64,000 bases of DNA. Origin: Chloropicon primus (lineage: Eukaryota). The stretch's first letter is position 1. Each line of letters starts with the position of its first letter. Position numbers and translations under genes: made by a program. Positions 60,846-64,000 of the stretch are shown here, piece after piece. Under the pieces are notes generated by a model that saw only the letters and a list, made by a program, of their open reading frames with translations, made no database searches and was not told the origin of the DNA. The stretch lies in contig CP060757.1 of NCBI GenBank assembly GCA_023205875.1, positions 1,364,001 to 1,428,000 of the forward strand, written 5' to 3'.

Positions 60846-63269
60846 TTACTTGGTCTTGCCGTGACGACCGTTAAAGACAAACTCGTGTTCGGACTCCACT
60901 TGAATCTTGTACTTGCCTCTCACCTTTGGCGCGTACGTCACAGGCATGATGTGGTACTGCGAATTGGCTTGGAGCTGGTACGTTGCCTCGACCTGGTTCA
61001 TGGGCAAGAACGTGGACTCCGCCAAGATTTGTTCCCTTTTCGCCCTGCTCCTCTTCTCAGACTTCAGGACGTAGAATCCGATCATGGAGTCCTGAGCCGG
61101 GCTTGCACCCCAAGCGCGGCCCACCTTTTTCATCACGACTTTGTACTTGCCGCCCACCCTGATGTCCAACAGGTACCTCGGATTCTTGTACCAGTCCGCA
61201 TTGTCAGAGTGGCCGCCGCTGTTGTCCTCGTTGAAGTAACCCGAGTACGTTACCGTGTGCATGTGGGGAATGGGGTACAAGATCAAGGGGCTCGAGCTCA
61301 GGATGTTCAAGGTGTACTGGGTGTCCTGAGGGGGCGGGGACAGGGACAAAATGATCACCTGGTCCTCTATCTTGGTGTCAAAAGTGTGCAGGAATTGGAT
61401 CATGGGCTTGCTCGCGAACTCGGACTTTGCCACGATCTCCTTCTTCTCCAGCAGAAGGGAGCACCGCTCGAAGCTTTCGAGGTACTCCTTCTCGGGCTGC
61501 GCCACGATGGCGCCGAAGGAATTCAAGACGTGCTCCCCGCCTATTTTCGCCCCGCTCTGCTTCAACGTAATGATCGCTTCGGTGTTCCTCCTCGTCTTCA
61601 CCAGGTACTGGGGGTTGCACCCCCAGGTGGGCTGGTTTCTGCCCCCCCCGGACAGCTGCCTCACCCAGCTGCCCCTGATGTTCAGGTAGTGCATGGACGG
61701 CATCCTCCTGTACGTCATGTTGGACTCGCTGTAGATCTGCAGGGTGAACAGGCCCTCAAAGTCCTGGGTGGAGGCGTACGGCACAATCGTGAACTTGTTC
61801 ACGTTGTTCTTGATGTTGAACATCGCCGAGATGTCATCCGCCTCTGTGGGCTCGATGTGAACGACAGGCTTCGTGAACTGGGAGAAGGAGTTCATTTCCC
61901 CGGCGAATATCAGGAGGCCGGCGGTGGCGGCCTGCACGGTGTGCCCACTGTAGCAGCCCGCCTGGTCATTGAGCAGGGACATCGTGATGCAGCACTTCTC
62001 GTCCTTGCCAGGGTTCTCGATCGTCAGAAGGTACCTTGGATTGAGAAGCCAGTTGGTGGCGTCCTCGTCCGACACGGGTGGTGGGCCCCCGGACGTCGTG
62101 TCGTACCACGCACCCGAGATAGTGATCTGGTTCCAGTTCGCAAGCTGGAAGTGGCAGACGTGAACGGTGTTGAAGATGAACATGAAGTCCTCTATGCACA
62201 TGTAAAACGTGCTCGTGTCCCCATCAAACACACCGAGCTGCTCCTTCAGCTTGAGCTCCAAGTCAAGATCCCACTCCCCGCTGTCGTTGCCCCACGCACC
62301 GTACCAATTCCCGGCTTCTCCCCAAGGGTTGTCCAGCTTCACGAGCCGGGTGTCGTCCTCGAGCTCCACGAGACCTGCCAAGGTGTAGCAGATGTCCGGG
62401 ATGATGCCCTTGAGGGACGACCTGGTGAAGCCCTCCCCGTCCTCCGCGGAGTCGTGGCAGCAGCAAATCAAGTTCCCGTTGTTCAACTGCTCACTCAGGT
62501 TGTCCCACAGCTCCTCCTCGTCCTCGTACAGCAAGTCAATCTTTTTCGTGGTCACCAGCGTGCCGGTGAGCTCCATGAGGGCCTTGGAAGCCGGGCAGTT
62601 CATGTCCCTCTTCAAGGTCGCGTACGAGCCGTGGATCTTGGCGTAGGCCTTCTCGATGAGGGACGGCCAGAGCTCCTCGCTGTTCGCACTCTGGGCGGAC
62701 AGCAAGATGTTGCTCTTCGTGACGCACGGGAGGTAGTTGTCCACCTTAACGGTCCGCCACTTGCCGAGCTTAAAGAATCTGAAGGCGCACAAGCCTGTCG
62801 TGCTGAGCTCGTCGTACACGATGATCTTTCTCAGGAGCTGCTCCCTTCCCGCTACAGCCGCAAGGGCCCCGATGAAACCGTTCACGCTGACCCCTCCCCG
62901 GACAATCTCGATGTCGAGCGTCGAGAGGTCGCCCCCGTCGTCCACCGCGAAGAGCGGGATGCCCTGGTGCCTCTTCCACTTTATCCGCTCCCTGCTGCTC
63001 TCCTTCCTTTCCTCGAAGTGTCCGAGCCCCATCCCGCCCCGGAACGACGCGGACTTGTTGAGGCGCTCCCTCTCGGCCCTCTCGGACTCCTCCAGGGACC
63101 ACCACTGGTCGAGCTGCTTCTTGTCCCTCACGAAGTCCGCCGCCTCGCCCCACTGACTCTGCAGTCCATTCAGGGCCTCCTGGACGAACCTCTGCTCCTC
63201 CTTCACCGTCGCGTCATAGCTCGTGCTCTCATACGGGTCCTCCAACCAGTTTATCTCCTCGCTTCGCAT
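60846..63269 (-). CDS. Calpain-like protein (CysPc + repeated calpain domain III), probably catalytically inactive
   Basis: GKWRTVKVDNYLP, ELWPSLIEKAYAKIHGSY, LMELTG, LVKLDNPWG, and three domain-III repeats (W...TSGG...W..NPRY). Confidence 0.85.
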   Translation of the reverse strand: MRSEEINWLEDPYESTSYDATVKEEQRFVQEALNGLQSQWGEAADFVRDKKQLDQWWSLEESERAERERLNKSASFRGGMGLGHFEERKESSRERIKWKRHQGIPLFAVDDGGDLSTLDIEIVRGGVSVNGFIGALAAVAGREQLLRKIIVYDELSTTGLCAFRFFKLGKWRTVKVDNYLPCVTKSNILLSAQSANSEELWPSLIEKAYAKIHGSYATLKRDMNCPASKALMELTGTLVTTKKIDLLYEDEEELWDNLSEQLNNGNLICCCHDSAEDGEGFTRSSLKGIIPDICYTLAGLVELEDDTRLVKLDNPWGEAGNWYGAWGNDSGEWDLDLELKLKEQLGVFDGDTSTFYMCIEDFMFIFNTVHVCHFQLANWNQITISGAWYDTTSGGPPPVSDEDATNWLLNPRYLLTIENPGKDEKCCITMSLLNDQAGCYSGHTVQAATAGLLIFAGEMNSFSQFTKPVVHIEPTEADDISAMFNIKNNVNKFTIVPYASTQDFEGLFTLQIYSESNMTYRRMPSMHYLNIRGSWVRQLSGGGRNQPTWGCNPQYLVKTRRNTEAIITLKQSGAKIGGEHVLNSFGAIVAQPEKEYLESFERCSLLLEKKEIVAKSEFASKPMIQFLHTFDTKIEDQVIILSLSPPPQDTQYTLNILSSSPLILYPIPHMHTVTYSGYFNEDNSGGHSDNADWYKNPRYLLDIRVGGKYKVVMKKVGRAWGASPAQDSMIGFYVLKSEKRSRAKREQILAESTFLPMNQVEATYQLQANSQYHIMPVTYAPKVRGKYKIQVESEHEFVFNGRHGKTK

Positions 63270-63760
63270 CGCTTCCGGTCCGGTCCAGTCCAGTCCAGTC
63301 CGGACCGTCGAGTTCTTGCTTCCTCCGAGTCCTTGGGTCTGTCTACCTATCTACCTATCGGTACCTATCTTCTTGTCCGTGGTGCCTTGTCCAGTCCGGT
63401 TGTTGTTTGTTGTTTGTTGGTGTTAGCCTAGGAAGACAAGCACCCCCATTGTCTCAGGCTCCCCACGTCTTTGTTGTCGTCCCCCCCCACCCCCGTGTGT
63501 CGTGTGTCGCGTATGGTATGGTGTTCCTCCTCGTCGCGGAAAGGTAAAGGTGTGTGACCGTTAACAGACCAAGAACTCCAAGACACCTTTTTCAGGACTG
63601 GACGACTGGACTGGACCACAGGACATGGACGGGCGGGGTCTGCCTTGGAACGCATTAGGAAAATACGAACACGAGAGAGGGAGACCCACCTCACTCGCAC
63701 TCGCACCCGCACTCGCACTGAAGTGTATACCTTACTATTAATATCTAAAGATGATTCATC

Positions 63761-64000
63761 TTACTTGTACACTTTCATGAAGTGGTCGATCTCCACGCGG
63801 CAGATCGGACACCTGGGCTCGGAGCCCTTGGACTCCGCTTCCGTGAAGAGGCTGATCGCGCACAGCTTGCAAGTGCAGCAGTGGCCACAGGGAACGAGGA
63901 CGTACTTGTTCTTCCTGGCGAGGCAAATGCAGCACACGCCGCTCACCCCCGCACCTCCTCCCTCTCCGGCGACGCCTTCCTCGGCGAGGTCTTCCTCCTC
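63761..64000 (-). CDS. C-terminal RING-HC (C3HC4) E3 ligase domain; gene truncated by window end
   Basis: CCICL...VLVPCGHCCTCKLCA...CPICR. Confidence 0.85.
   Translation of the reverse strand, partial: EEEDLAEEGVAGEGGGAGVSGVCCICLARKNKYVLVPCGHCCTCKLCAISLFTEAESKGSEPRCPICRVEIDHFMKVYK

Overview
Eukaryotic nuclear DNA from a very gene-dense, GC-rich genome: about 40 protein-coding genes in 64 kb, 0-2 short GT-AG introns per gene, and often <200 bp between genes. Plant/green-algal genes (HDR/ispH, NUDX23-like, IBR3-like, LDL3-like, TEBICHI/POLQ) and TTTAGGG repeats suggest a small-genome picoplanktonic green alga. Chloropicon-like is my inference and is not verified. I found no rRNA, tRNA, CRISPR array or transposon. 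The most notable items are: (1) a cyclic-nucleotide-binding channel with the animal HCN pore signature SHMLCIGYG; (2) an animal-type bestrophin tail-to-tail with an EF-hand gene; (3) ORM, the regulator of serine palmitoyltransferase, 3.4 kb from the catalytic subunit LCB2, within a lipid-gene neighbourhood (ORM-HDR-LCB2-HAD-ERG2); (4) a glycine-cleavage H-like protein whose lipoyl-Lys hairpin is replaced by an insertion; (5) an LDL3-like demethylase with a DEK-C-like insert; (6) a MUG/TDG glycosylase visible only after splicing; (7) an identical 31-nt telomeric-repeat cassette in two divergent promoters; (8) an intron containing a copy of its own gene's exon; (9) a tandemly duplicated exon+intron-like unit; (10) a probably inactive calpain. 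All family calls come from motif recognition by eye; no database searches were run.
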